From contig CAVYQE010000011.1 of NCBI GenBank assembly GCA_963770565.1, positions 608,001 through 672,000 of the forward strand: a stretch of 64,000 nt of DNA, written 5' to 3'. The position numbers were made by a program, and so were the translations under genes. The number at the start of each line of letters is the position of its first letter. Position 1 is the stretch's first letter. The DNA comes from an uncultured Actinomycetota bacterium. Lineage in GTDB: Bacteria; Actinomycetota; Actinomycetes; JAFAQI01. The notes beneath the pieces are model-generated. The model worked only from the letters and a program-made list of their open reading frames with translations. It did not search any database and had not been told where the DNA came from. Below are positions 9,617 to 21,120 of this stretch, piece by piece.

Positions 9617-9973
9617 ATGGAGTGGGAGGACCGGCTCGACGACTGGGAGCTCCAGCTCGAGCTGACCGCGCAGTACGAAGACTCGGAGTGGGTCACCCTC
9701 GAGCGGGCGGCCGCGCAGACCGGGGTGTCGCGGGCTGCGCTGCGCACCTGGTACCGGTCCGGCGTACTGCCTTCACGGCTGGTAGCGGGCCCGCACGGCC
9801 CGCAACGGCTGGTCCCGCTCGCGCAGGTGGCCGCGCGGGCTGAGGCGTCTCCACGGCTGCGTCAGGCCGCGGCGCGACGCCTTGCCGAGGAAGCCGAGCT
9901 CGAGATGCTGCGGCATCGCCTCGAGGTCCTCGAAGCGCGGCTCGCCGCGATCGAGGACGTGGCCGCGCCCTGA
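9617..9973 (+). CDS. Small MerR-like HTH DNA-binding protein with coiled-coil tail
   Basis: TLERAAAQTGVSRAALRTWYRSG HTH pattern; C-terminal heptads ELEMLRHRLEVLEARLAAIE. Confidence 0.7.
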   Translation: MEWEDRLDDWELQLELTAQYEDSEWVTLERAAAQTGVSRAALRTWYRSGVLPSRLVAGPHGPQRLVPLAQVAARAEASPRLRQAAARRLAEEAELEMLRHRLEVLEARLAAIEDVAAP

Positions 9974-10175
9974 TCGGGATCTCGAGCAATGCCAGCAGCG
10001 CCCTCGCCTCGGCGTGAAAGCGCTCGTCGGAGAGCAGCGACTGCCGCCGCTCACGCCCGAGCAAGCGTCGACTTGCCGGCCGCGTTCTCACCGGTGATCG
10101 CGACGACCTCGCCGGCGTTGACGTCGAGATCCACCCGGGTGAGCACCTGCCGGGGCCCGTAGTACGCGGCGAGGC
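9974..10175 (-). pseudogene. Decayed ABC transporter ATP-binding gene fragment
   Basis: YGPRQVLTRVDLDVNAGEVVAITGENAAGKSTL (degenerate Walker A) followed by a stop; a short continuation (EARALLALLEIP) lies in another frame. Confidence 0.65.
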
Positions 10176-10313
10176 CGGAATGCCAAGAGCGGTTCGGCCG
10201 GGCCGCGACCATTGTCGGCGGCGCCGGTGCCCACCATCCAGCCATTGTCGCGCCTATAGCTGGGATTCGGTGTTGCGCTTCATTGGTTCGGCGGCCGGAC
10301 CGATGAAGTTCGG

Positions 10314-11189
10314 GTGGGTGTACGTATTTCGCTGGTCCTGCTGACCACGACCTCGGTTCTGTCGCTGGGACTCGGCGCCTCGGTCGCGGATGCGACCCAC
10401 GCCGGTGCACAGCGTCCGACGCCGAGGGAGCTCGAGCGCCTCGACGAGGCCAACCTGGTGGCCGCGACGAATGACATCCAGACCCAGGCGCTGGCCAGCG
10501 GTGGGCTGCAGAACGGGCCGCCGTACTGGTCGCCGGCCAAGCGGCTGCTGGCGTCGGTCGACGCGCTCAGCAACCTGGCCATCGCCGATGATCCGTCCCT
10601 GGCGCCTACCGACACGACGGCGATCATGGGACCGGTGCCGACGACGATCGCGCATCATCTGCGCAAACGGCCGCACCACGTGCACATCGTCCAGACCCGC
10701 ACCCTGATGCCGTTCGTGGCGGCAATTCCCGATGGTGGGTCGAGCGGGATCGGTCACAGGCATCGGCACGACGGAGCCAAGCCGGCGCCCTACCAAGCGC
10801 CGGACGGGCTGTTTGTCGACCCGGACCTCGAACCGACCCAACCGGCGACGATCGGCCTGGCGGCCCTGCGCTCGGCGATCAAGGAACTCGGCCAGCCGTA
10901 TGTGTGGGCCGCTGCGGGACCGAGCACATTCGACTGCTCGGGCTTGGTGCAATGGGCGTACGCGCACGCCGGAATCGCGCTGGCCCATCACGCGGCGACT
11001 CAGTGGAACGAAGGCCGGCTGATTCCCGGCCGCGACATCCTGCCCGGCGATCTGATCATGTTCGGCCATCCGATCTTCCACGTCGGGATGTACCTCGGCT
11101 CGGGCTGGATGATCAACGCGCCGTACACCGGCCAGTACGTCAACATCGTGCCGGTGCCGAACCGGGTCGCCGGAGTGGTCCGCCCCTGA
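10314..11189 (+). CDS. Secreted NlpC/P60 (C40) peptidoglycan endopeptidase
   Basis: Signal peptide; GQPYVWAAAGPSTFDCSGLVQWAY, PGDLIMF, HVGMY. Confidence 0.9.
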   Translation: MGVRISLVLLTTTSVLSLGLGASVADATHAGAQRPTPRELERLDEANLVAATNDIQTQALASGGLQNGPPYWSPAKRLLASVDALSNLAIADDPSLAPTDTTAIMGPVPTTIAHHLRKRPHHVHIVQTRTLMPFVAAIPDGGSSGIGHRHRHDGAKPAPYQAPDGLFVDPDLEPTQPATIGLAALRSAIKELGQPYVWAAAGPSTFDCSGLVQWAYAHAGIALAHHAATQWNEGRLIPGRDILPGDLIMFGHPIFHVGMYLGSGWMINAPYTGQYVNIVPVPNRVAGVVRP

Positions 11190-11221
11190 CCCTCGGCCGT
11201 CCCGGCCGAGCGTCAAGAAAA

Positions 11222-11300
11222 GGCAATGTCACATTGCCCCTGCTTTCGCGGGGGCAATGTGACACCACCCCTCGATCTGGCTGGGCAATGTGACATTGCT
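11222..11300. repeat. Three-copy palindromic REP-like unit GGCAATGT(C/G)ACATTGC
   Basis: GGCAATGTCACATTGCC at 11222, GGGGCAATGTGACAC at 11251, GGGCAATGTGACATTGC at 11283. Confidence 0.8.
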
Positions 11301-11351
11301 TGGGAGGGGTAGGGGTGTCGTACCTTGCAGGGCATGGTGGAGGAGCGGGTT

Positions 11352-11771
11352 GTGAGCGCGGTCGACAACACCGAGTTGCAGGGTGGTTTCGTCGAGCTGA
11401 TCGGTCTCACGATCAGCGAGGCCGGCCCCGACAAGGTGGTCGGGTCCCTGACGATCCGCCCGGATCTGTTGCAGCCGTATGGGATCCTGCACGGGGGAGT
11501 GCTGTGCGCCTTGGTTGAAACGGTGGGAAGTGTCGGGGCTGCGCATTGGTACGGCGGTCGCGGCAACACCGTCGGTGTGTCCAACAGCACCGACTTCATC
11601 CGCGCCACCAGGACCGGCACGTTGACCGCGGTCGGCACCCCGATTCACCGAGGTCGCACGTCGCAGTTGTGGCTGGTCGATGTGACCGACGACTCCCACC
11701 GGCTGATCGCGCGCGGACAGCTGAGGGTCGCGAACATCGAGGATGCCGGCCGATTGGCTCCCGCGCCCTGA
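11352..11771 (+). CDS. PaaI family (hotdog-fold) thioesterase
   Basis: QPYGILHGGVLCALVET, HRGRTSQLW; GGAGGAG RBS before GTG 11352. Confidence 0.88.
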   Translation: MSAVDNTELQGGFVELIGLTISEAGPDKVVGSLTIRPDLLQPYGILHGGVLCALVETVGSVGAAHWYGGRGNTVGVSNSTDFIRATRTGTLTAVGTPIHRGRTSQLWLVDVTDDSHRLIARGQLRVANIEDAGRLAPAP

Positions 11772-11780
11772 GCCGACCGG

Positions 11781-12626
11781 TCAGCCGAGCCGGTAGACCT
11801 CGACCGCGTTGCCGGCTAGCACCCGTGCGGCGGTTTCCTCGTCAGGGCACAGGTCGGCGACCGCGCGGGCGTTCTCCGCGATCCCTGGTACGCCGGGCCA
11901 GTCGGTGCCGAAGATCATCCGTTGACACAACCGGTCCCAGTTGTGCCGGGCGTAGTAGGTGCGCAGCCGGGACGGCGGCAGGCCGGACAGCTCCAGCCAC
12001 ACCCGCTCGTTGGTCAGCGCCAGCACGGCCGCGGCGTCGTACCACCAGCCGCGCCCGCCGTGCGCGAGCACGAGGTTCAGCGATCTGAAGTCGCGGAGGA
12101 GGTTGCCGATGTCGGCCGGGTCGCCGAACCGGTGCTGCGCGCCCGGAAAGCTGGAGGTGCCGGTGTGCACGATCACCGGCAGTCCGCGGTCCTGACACAA
12201 CGAGTACGCCGGGTAGAGCGCGCGGTCGTCGACCGGGAACCCGGCGTGCACCGGATGCACCTTTAGCGCGATCGCGCCGAGCCCGATCTGTCGGTCGAGC
12301 TCCTCGTCGATCGGGTAGTGCAGGTGGGGATTCACGTTGGCAGCGAAGCGAAATCTGGCCGGGTTGTGGGTCGCGATTGCGGCCATGTCCTCCACCGACT
12401 GGGTGCCGGTGACCTTCGGGCTGTATTCCGCGATCAGCACCGCCACGTCCACGCCCTCGCGCTCGAGCAGCGCGTCGAACCCGGCCGGGTCGAGGACGCC
12501 GTCGGCGTACAGCGCCTCGAGCTCGGCGGTGCCGAACTGCTGGACCCAGACCTCCCACGGCAGCTTGAGCTGGTCGAGTCGGGCCGGGTGCAGGTGGACG
12601 TCGATGAGCCGATGGCCGTCGAGCAT
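11781..12626 (-). CDS. Amidohydrolase_2 family metal-dependent hydrolase
   Basis: IDVHLH, LKVHP, VHTG, LAHGG, FGTDWP; ATGA overlap with the ligase stop. Confidence 0.87.
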   Translation of the reverse strand: MLDGHRLIDVHLHPARLDQLKLPWEVWVQQFGTAELEALYADGVLDPAGFDALLEREGVDVAVLIAEYSPKVTGTQSVEDMAAIATHNPARFRFAANVNPHLHYPIDEELDRQIGLGAIALKVHPVHAGFPVDDRALYPAYSLCQDRGLPVIVHTGTSSFPGAQHRFGDPADIGNLLRDFRSLNLVLAHGGRGWWYDAAAVLALTNERVWLELSGLPPSRLRTYYARHNWDRLCQRMIFGTDWPGVPGIAENARAVADLCPDEETAARVLAGNAVEVYRLG

Positions 12627-14218
12627 CAGGTGAGTCCCGCCTCGAGCTCGGTCGGCGCAGCTTCGGCGAGGACGATTTCGGCCATTGCCCGCAGCTCGAC
12701 CCGGCGAACCTTTCCGGTCGCGGTGGTGGGGTATCCGTCGATGGTGACGATCCGGCGCGGCCGCTTGAACGACGGAAGGCCGGCCCGGCAGAACTCGATC
12801 AGCTCGGCCTCGCTCGCCAGCCCCTCCGGTCGAAGGACGACGTAGGCGACCGGCTTGTCCAACCCGTCCGGGTCGGCGGCGCCGACGACGATCGCCTGAG
12901 CGATCGCCGGATGCGCGAGCAGCCGACTCTCGACCTCGGCCGGCGAGACCCAGATCCCGCCGGCCTTGAGCATGTCGCCGGTGCGGCCGAGGCAGCTGTA
13001 ATAGCCGTCGGCGTCCTGCACGTAGGTGTCTCCGGTGCGCAGCCACTCGCCTTGAAAGACCTGCCGCGACGCGTCGAACCGGGACCAGTAGCCGGTCGCG
13101 GTCGACCCGCCGCGGACCATCAGGGTCCCGGAGGTCCCGGTCGGCACGTCGTGCCCGTCCTCGCCGACGATCCGCAGGTCGTAGCCCGGGACCGCGACCC
13201 CGGTCGTCCCAGGGCGGACCTGGCCGTCGCGGTTGGACAGGAAGATGTGCAGCATCTCGGTCATCCCGAGCCCGTCGAGGACGTCGACGCCGAAGCGCTG
13301 CGTCCACCGTTCGTACAGCGCCGCGGGCAACGACTCACCGGCCGACACTGCCAGCCGCACGCCGGACAGAGAATCCGGCGGAAGGTCGGCGCGCAGCATG
13401 TTGGCGAAGAAGGTCGGGCTGCCGAAGAACAGGGTGGCGCCGAAGGTCTGCACCCGATCGATGAGCAGGTCGGGTCGCGACGGCGCCGGCTCGAGCACCG
13501 CGCAGGCTCCTACCGACAACGGAAACAGCATCGAGTTGCCGAGCCCGTAAGCGAAGAACGCCTTCGCGACCGACAGGCACCGGTCGTCGGGCCGGATCCC
13601 GAGCACCTGTCGGCCGTACGTGTCGCACACCGCCTCGACCGCGCCGTGACGGTGCATCGCGGCCTTCGGGCGGCCGGTGGTGCCGGAGGTGTAGAGCCAG
13701 AACGCGGGGGAGTCCGCCGACGTCGGGTACGACGACTCCGGCTCGGACTGCAGAGTGAGGTCGCTGATCCGGTGGGTCGGGAGCGACGTGGTGAGGTCAG
13801 TGGCGTCGTCGACCAGGACGCCGATGAGGTCCGGGGCGTGCCCGATCGCCTGCGTGGCGACCTCGACGAAGTCGGCACTGATCGCGAGCAGTCGGGCCCG
13901 GGAGTCGCGGAGCAGCTCGACCAACCCGTCTGCCCGCAGCATCGTCGACACCGGCACCGGGACGGCACCGAGGCGCAGCGCGGCAAGGTAGACGCCGACG
14001 AAGTCGGGGCCGTCGGCCATGAACATCAGCAGCCGTTGCTCGGGCAGCAGCCCGATGGCTCGCAGCCCCGACTCGATCCGCCGGGTGCGGTCGGACAACT
14101 CGGCGTACGTGACGTCGCCGCCGACGCCGGTCAGCGCCAGCCGCTCGCCGTCGCCGGCCCGCAGGTGGCGGTCGACGAGGTAGTCGCAGGCGTTGAACTC
14201 CGGCGCCGGCTCGGTCAT
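12626..14218 (-). CDS. Benzoate-CoA ligase family protein
   Basis: FWLYTSGTTGRPKAAMH, FFAYGLGNS, SAGE, DGLGMTEMLHIFLSN, KAGGIWVSPAEVE; lies directly after boxB. Confidence 0.92.
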   Translation of the reverse strand: MTEPAPEFNACDYLVDRHLRAGDGERLALTGVGGDVTYAELSDRTRRIESGLRAIGLLPEQRLLMFMADGPDFVGVYLAALRLGAVPVPVSTMLRADGLVELLRDSRARLLAISADFVEVATQAIGHAPDLIGVLVDDATDLTTSLPTHRISDLTLQSEPESSYPTSADSPAFWLYTSGTTGRPKAAMHRHGAVEAVCDTYGRQVLGIRPDDRCLSVAKAFFAYGLGNSMLFPLSVGACAVLEPAPSRPDLLIDRVQTFGATLFFGSPTFFANMLRADLPPDSLSGVRLAVSAGESLPAALYERWTQRFGVDVLDGLGMTEMLHIFLSNRDGQVRPGTTGVAVPGYDLRIVGEDGHDVPTGTSGTLMVRGGSTATGYWSRFDASRQVFQGEWLRTGDTYVQDADGYYSCLGRTGDMLKAGGIWVSPAEVESRLLAHPAIAQAIVVGAADPDGLDKPVAYVVLRPEGLASEAELIEFCRAGLPSFKRPRRIVTIDGYPTTATGKVRRVELRAMAEIVLAEAAPTELEAGLT

Positions 14219-15639
14219 TGCGCCAGGTGGACGTAGTCGTAGTCGAACGGCTGGCCGTTGATGCCATTGCGAGGCGGAGCGATCCAGTCGGCGATCTTGC
14301 CGCGTTCGTACACCGGTCGCATCAACGACCGAACGTACGTCTTGTCGACCTCGGTCGGCAGCCACTCGTTGTGGCGCTGCCGCCAGTCATCGGCCGATAT
14401 CCGGATGCCCGCAGGGGTTGCCTCGATCCCGGCGAAGGCGCCGACCCGGCGGTTGAACGCGACGCTCGGCAGCGCGAGTCGATGCGGCAGCCCGGCATCG
14501 GCGAGGATCCGGTTCCAGCGGTTGACCCCGCTCTGGCAGTCGGTGACGTACTCGCGGCGGAGGTCGGTGTTGAGCCCGACGAGCGCGGGCACCTCGGCGG
14601 ATCCGATCTCGCCGTCCTCGGTCAGCGCCTCGACCGTCATCGCGTCGCCGGTCAGCCGATGGTCGTCGCGTCGCCGGTCTTCCATCCAGCGACCCTTGAG
14701 GCCGGCCGAGAAGTAGTTGCCCGCGTTCGTGGACGTCTCGGACCCGAACAGGTCGAGCGACACCGAGTAGTGGAAGTTGAGGTAGCGCTGGATCACCTCG
14801 AGTGGGATCCCGCCCCGGGCGGACACGTCCTCCGAGTCGATCTCGACCATCAGCTCGGCCGTGCGCTGGACGACCCGGTCGATCCCGGTCGTGCCCACCA
14901 TCATGTGGTGGGCCTCCTCCTTGAGCATGAACTCGCAGGTCCTGGACAGCGGGTCGAAGGCGCTCTCCTTCAACGTTCCGAGCTGGTACTTGCCGTCGCG
15001 GTCGGTGAAGTACGTGAACATGAAGAAGCTGAGCCAGTCCGGCGTCTCCTCGTTGAAGGCACCGAGAATTCGTGGCGCGTCCGCACTTCCTGAGTTCCGG
15101 TGCAGCAACTCCTCGGCCTCCGACCGGCCCTCCCGGCCGAAGTGCGCATGCAGCAGGTACACCATTGCCCAGAGGTGGCGGCCCTCCTCGACGTTGACCT
15201 GGAAGAGGTTGCGCAGGTCGTAGAGGCTGGGTGCGGTCGCGCCGAGGTTGCGCTGCTGCTCGACGCTGGCCGGCTCGGTGTCGCCCTGGATCACGATCAG
15301 CCGGCGGAGGTCGGCGCGGTATTCACCCGGGATGTCCTGCCACACCGGCTCGCCCTTGTGCTCACCGAAGCCGATCCGGCGATCCGGGTCGCGTTCGCTG
15401 AGGAAGATTCCCCAGCGGTAGTCCTTCATCGGGACGTGGCCGAAGTGGGCCCACCCTTCGCGGCCGACGTTGACCGCCGTACGCAGGTAGACGTCCTCGG
15501 TCGGCAGCGCCGGCCCCATCGACTCCCACCAGGTCAGGAAGCTCGGCTGCCAGGACTCAAGCGCGCGCTGCAACCGGCGATCGTCGTCGAGATCGACGTT
15601 GTTCGGGATCTTGTCGCTGTAGTCCGCGGTCAGCGTCAT
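14215..15639 (-). CDS. boxB: Benzoyl-CoA 2,3-epoxidase subunit B (di-iron)
   Basis: KIPNNVDL, QGDTEPASVEQQ, VNVEEGRHLWAM, TDRDGKYQL, EEAHHM. Confidence 0.96.
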   Translation of the reverse strand: MTLTADYSDKIPNNVDLDDDRRLQRALESWQPSFLTWWESMGPALPTEDVYLRTAVNVGREGWAHFGHVPMKDYRWGIFLSERDPDRRIGFGEHKGEPVWQDIPGEYRADLRRLIVIQGDTEPASVEQQRNLGATAPSLYDLRNLFQVNVEEGRHLWAMVYLLHAHFGREGRSEAEELLHRNSGSADAPRILGAFNEETPDWLSFFMFTYFTDRDGKYQLGTLKESAFDPLSRTCEFMLKEEAHHMMVGTTGIDRVVQRTAELMVEIDSEDVSARGGIPLEVIQRYLNFHYSVSLDLFGSETSTNAGNYFSAGLKGRWMEDRRRDDHRLTGDAMTVEALTEDGEIGSAEVPALVGLNTDLRREYVTDCQSGVNRWNRILADAGLPHRLALPSVAFNRRVGAFAGIEATPAGIRISADDWRQRHNEWLPTEVDKTYVRSLMRPVYERGKIADWIAPPRNGINGQPFDYDYVHLAQ

Positions 15640-15642
15640 CGG

Positions 15643-17342
15643 TCAGACTCGCCTCCGATCGAACTTCGCCCGTTGCCCGGTGCCGAATTTTCCCAGTGCG
15701 CCGGACGGCCCGGAGGCATTGGGTCGATAGAAGATCCAGTTCTGCCAGGCGCTCAGGCGGCCGAAGATCTTGGTCTCCATCGTCTCCGGGCCGGCGAAGC
15801 GGTAGTTCGCCTCGAGCCCGGTGAGGGCATCGGGGCTGAAACTGGCCCGCTCCTCGATCGCCATCCGGATCTCGTCGTCCCAGTCGATGTCGTCCGGCGC
15901 GAACGTGACGAGGCCGGCCTCGATCGCCTGGTCGGCCTGGAGCGGAGTCCCTTCGAGCTCCTGCACTCGCTCGTAGCTCGCGTCGTCGCCGTAGAAGCGG
16001 GTCTGGAGCCGGCTGAGGCCGTTGCCCATCGGCAGCGCACCGAGGTTCATCGCGGTCACCGTGACGGTGGCCGGCTCGATGCCCGGATCGCCGGACTCGA
16101 ACCGGCCTTCGAGCATGTACGACCGGTCGGCAGCAAGGGCCAGCTCGAGCAGCGAGCCGGCAAAACAGCTGCCGGGTTCGATCAACGCGATCAGGCTCCG
16201 ACTGGTCACGTCGAGCCGCTTCAGGGTCCGCTTCAGGTAATGCCGGATCTCGGCCACCAGCCAGTCGGCGAGGTTCGCGAGCAGCAGCTCGTCGTATGCC
16301 GTCACCAGGCGCGGGTCGCCCTCGGTGCGGAAGATCCAGGTGCCCAACTCGGACTCGTTGGTGCGCAGGTCGAGGATCAGATCGTCGAGCTCGCGGCTGA
16401 GTGCAAGCGGCCAGAAGTCGGAGCCGAGCGAGTGGACTGCGGCGACATCGGCCGGTGGGTCGGCGTCCGGTCCGGCCACCGAGATCTCGACGACTCCGCG
16501 TTCGCGGTCGAGGCGGGCGGTCACGTAGCGGTAGGTGACGAGGTGGTCGAGGCGCTCCTTTGTCAGTGGCGCCAGAACAATGCCGGCCGCATCAGCAGGT
16601 CGCGTTGACCGGTCGGCAAGTTGGGTTGCCCGCTCCGCCACGGTCGCCGCCCAGGCGGCCAGCGGGACGACTTCATCGACCAGGCGAGCCTCGACCGCCT
16701 TCATGCCGACGACTCCCTCGGCCTTGGTCGAAAAGTAGTCGGCGAGGTCCCGTCGGACGTGTCGCTTGTCGACGAGCCGGGTCAGTCCGCCGGTGCCGGG
16801 AAGCACTCCGAGCAGCGGCAGCTCGGGAAGCGAGACCGCCGATGCCCGGTCGTCGACGAGCATGAGGTGATCGCAGGCCAGCGCCAGTTCGTAGCCGCCG
16901 CCGGACGCGCTGCCGTTCAGCGCGGCGAGGTAGGTCTGGCCGCTGTGTGCGGTGGCGTCCTCGATCCCGTTGCGAGTCTCGTTGGTGAACTTGCAGAAGT
17001 TCACCTTCCACGAGTGCGACGAGCCGGCCAGCATGCGGATGTTCGCGCCGGCGCAGAAGACCTTCGGCTTGCCGCTGGTGATCACCACCACCTTGACCTC
17101 GGGGTGCTCGAAGCGAAGTCGCTGGACCGCGTCGTACAACTCGATGTCGACGCCGAGGTCGTAGGAGTTCAGCTTGAGCTCGTATCCGGGCGCTAGTCCG
17201 CCCTGCTCGTCGACCTCCATCGTGAGGGTTGCGACCGGGGCATCGATCGACAGCGCCCAGTGTCGGTACCGAGCCGGCTCGGTCTGAAAGCTGACGAACG
17301 GCTCATCGACCGCGGGCTCCGCGGGGTGGTCGACGAGCTGGC

Positions 17343-17346
<4 letters not shown>
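15643..17346 (-). CDS. boxC: 2,3-epoxybenzoyl-CoA dihydrolase
   Basis: GYELKLNSYDLGVDIELYDAVQRLRFEHPEV, KVNFCKFTNETRN, ETKIFGRLSAWQNWIF. Confidence 0.96.
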
Positions 17347-19262
<1,916 letters not shown>

Positions 19263-19394
19263 GTGGACCTGGCGTCTCGTCATGCTCGGACTCCCGTCGG
19301 GGCCGGGGCCTGCGTCGCTGGAACGGCACGCGCGGATCCCGACCTGCTCGCTGCCCACGATATTGCGACCGCGCCGGGAGCGCCGCTCACGGCG

Positions 19395-20636
19395 TCACGC
19401 CCGGGCGCGGACAACCCTGATCAGCTCGTCGAGTAGCCGGTCGCCGTTGGCCCGCAAGGCGTTGTGCTCGAAGTCGGTCGTCACCCACGGGCGCAGCCCG
19501 CGCACCCGGCCCGCGGTCTCCTCCGAGAGCATCCGGTCGACGTACATGTCGCCGTCGAAGATCGCGGCTGCGGCCGGTACGTCGTTGTGGGCAAGCTGGT
19601 CCTCGTCGTACAGCCGGGGCCAGGTGTGGGCGGCGAGTGCGTCGGCGGCCGCGCGAAGCGGCGCGAGCGCGGCGATCTCCTCGAACATCCAGGGATAGAC
19701 GTGCTCGCCGGTGAACAGGGTGGGATCGCTGCGGTAGTCGGCCGGCCGCAGCCGTTCGGCCGCCCAGCGGGTCGAACCACCGTCCGCCCAACACGCCTCG
19801 TGCACCACCGCATAGAGCGGGTTGCGACCCCAGGTGGTCACCTCTTGCACTGCATGCAGGAAGCCGGGCGAGGCCGGGTCGAGCTCGAGGATGTAGTGCA
19901 ACTGCTCGGCACCGTCGCTCGAGCCGAGCATGATGCCGAGCTGCTGGATGCGGGGGATGCTGAGCCGGTCGCCGACCGGGAGCCGCAACGCGGCAGCGCC
20001 GTCGAGCGCGGCGTGAATGCGCTGCACGCGGTCGCGATCCCCGGGGTAGCGCGCGTAGTAGCGATGGCTCCGCTCGATGACCCTCGGGTAGGTCGCGCGG
20101 TAGACCTCGTCGATCCGGTCGCCGATCGGCGGCAACCCGCCGGTGAACAGCGCCTCGCTCAGACCTTCCGGCGCCTGGGACAGGTAGGCGAGCAGGGTGA
20201 AGCCGCCGAAGCTCTGCCCGAGCACGCTCCACGGCGGCGCGTCGAGGTGCGCCCGCAGTGCCTCGGCGTCGCGCACGATCGCGTCGGCCCGGAAGTGGGT
20301 GAGGTAGGCGGCCTGCTCGACGGCCGGGCAGTCCGCGAGTGCGCCGACCGGGGTCGACCGGCCGGTGCCGCGCTGGTCGAGCATGACGACCCGGAACTCG
20401 GCGAGCGCGCGGTCCAGCCAGGCCGGAGATGCCGGTAGCCGGGTCGGGCGGGGCGCCTCGAAGCCCGGCCCGCCTTGCAGGAACAACAGGTACGGCCGGT
20501 CGAGACCCTCCGGGTCGGCGACCTCGCGGGCGAAGACCGAGATCCGCGCGCCGTCCGGCTCGTCGTGATCCAGCGGGACCTCGATCGTGTGCTCGGTGAG
20601 GACGAGCTCAGGCGTCCGATAGGTCACGCTCGCCAT
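19395..20636 (-). CDS. pip: Proline iminopeptidase (S33 alpha/beta hydrolase)
   Basis: LFLQGGPG, DQRGTGRS, GQSFGG, DMYV, FEHNAL. Confidence 0.88.
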   Translation of the reverse strand: MASVTYRTPELVLTEHTIEVPLDHDEPDGARISVFAREVADPEGLDRPYLLFLQGGPGFEAPRPTRLPASPAWLDRALAEFRVVMLDQRGTGRSTPVGALADCPAVEQAAYLTHFRADAIVRDAEALRAHLDAPPWSVLGQSFGGFTLLAYLSQAPEGLSEALFTGGLPPIGDRIDEVYRATYPRVIERSHRYYARYPGDRDRVQRIHAALDGAAALRLPVGDRLSIPRIQQLGIMLGSSDGAEQLHYILELDPASPGFLHAVQEVTTWGRNPLYAVVHEACWADGGSTRWAAERLRPADYRSDPTLFTGEHVYPWMFEEIAALAPLRAAADALAAHTWPRLYDEDQLAHNDVPAAAAIFDGDMYVDRMLSEETAGRVRGLRPWVTTDFEHNALRANGDRLLDELIRVVRARA

Positions 20637-20690
20637 TCGCAGATCCTGGCAGAGCGGAGTCCTGATGTCGCCCGGGCGACGCTGCCACAC

Positions 20691-20773
20691 GCATGGCCCA
20701 TTGGTGTGGCCATCGGCACACGGATGGGCCATTGGTGTGGCTATCGGCACATGCATGGGCCATTGGTATGGCT
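20691..20773. repeat. 31-bp tandem repeat, about 2.7 copies
   Basis: GCATGGCCCATTGGTGTGGCCATCGGCACAC / GGATGGGCCATTGGTGTGGCTATCGGCACAT / GCATGGGCCATTGGTATGGCT. Confidence 0.85.
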
Positions 20774-20797
20774 GGGCCGTCGGGTCAGCCCTTCACG

Positions 20798-21109
20798 TAG
20801 GCGAGCTTTCGACACCGGATGTGCCTGTGCGGCATGTTGGCGGCGGAGTACCAAACCCTGCCTGAGCCGATGCGCGAGGCGGTCATCGGCTTCTTCGACG
20901 CCAACGAGACCTGGCTCGCATGGGTTCTCAAGTCCGGCGTCGAAGCCGGGTCGTTGTCCTTCGCCGGATCGGCCGAGGACACCGCCCGGATGCTGGTCGG
21001 CGCGCTCGAGGGCGCATTGCTGGTTGCGCGCCCGTATCGCGACGTCGCGAGGTTCGAGGCGACGGCCGGGCAGTTGCTTGCCACCATGGAGTCTCATCCG
21101 GCTGGTTGA
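20798..21109 (+). pseudogene. TetR-family regulator C-terminal fragment lacking the HTH
   Basis: MCLCGMLAAEYQTLPEPMR...LEGALLVAR is a typical TetR_C segment; in-frame TAG at 20798 just upstream and no HTH-coding region. Confidence 0.7.
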
Positions 21110-21120
21110 GGACCGGTCCG

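Noticed and set aside
11222-11300. Palindromic triplet as a mini-CRISPR
   Set aside because: Units are inverted relative to each other, spacers are under 20 bp, and there are no cas genes
20691-20773. 31-bp repeats as a CRISPR array
   Set aside because: Copies are head-to-tail with no unique spacers, and there are no cas genes in the window
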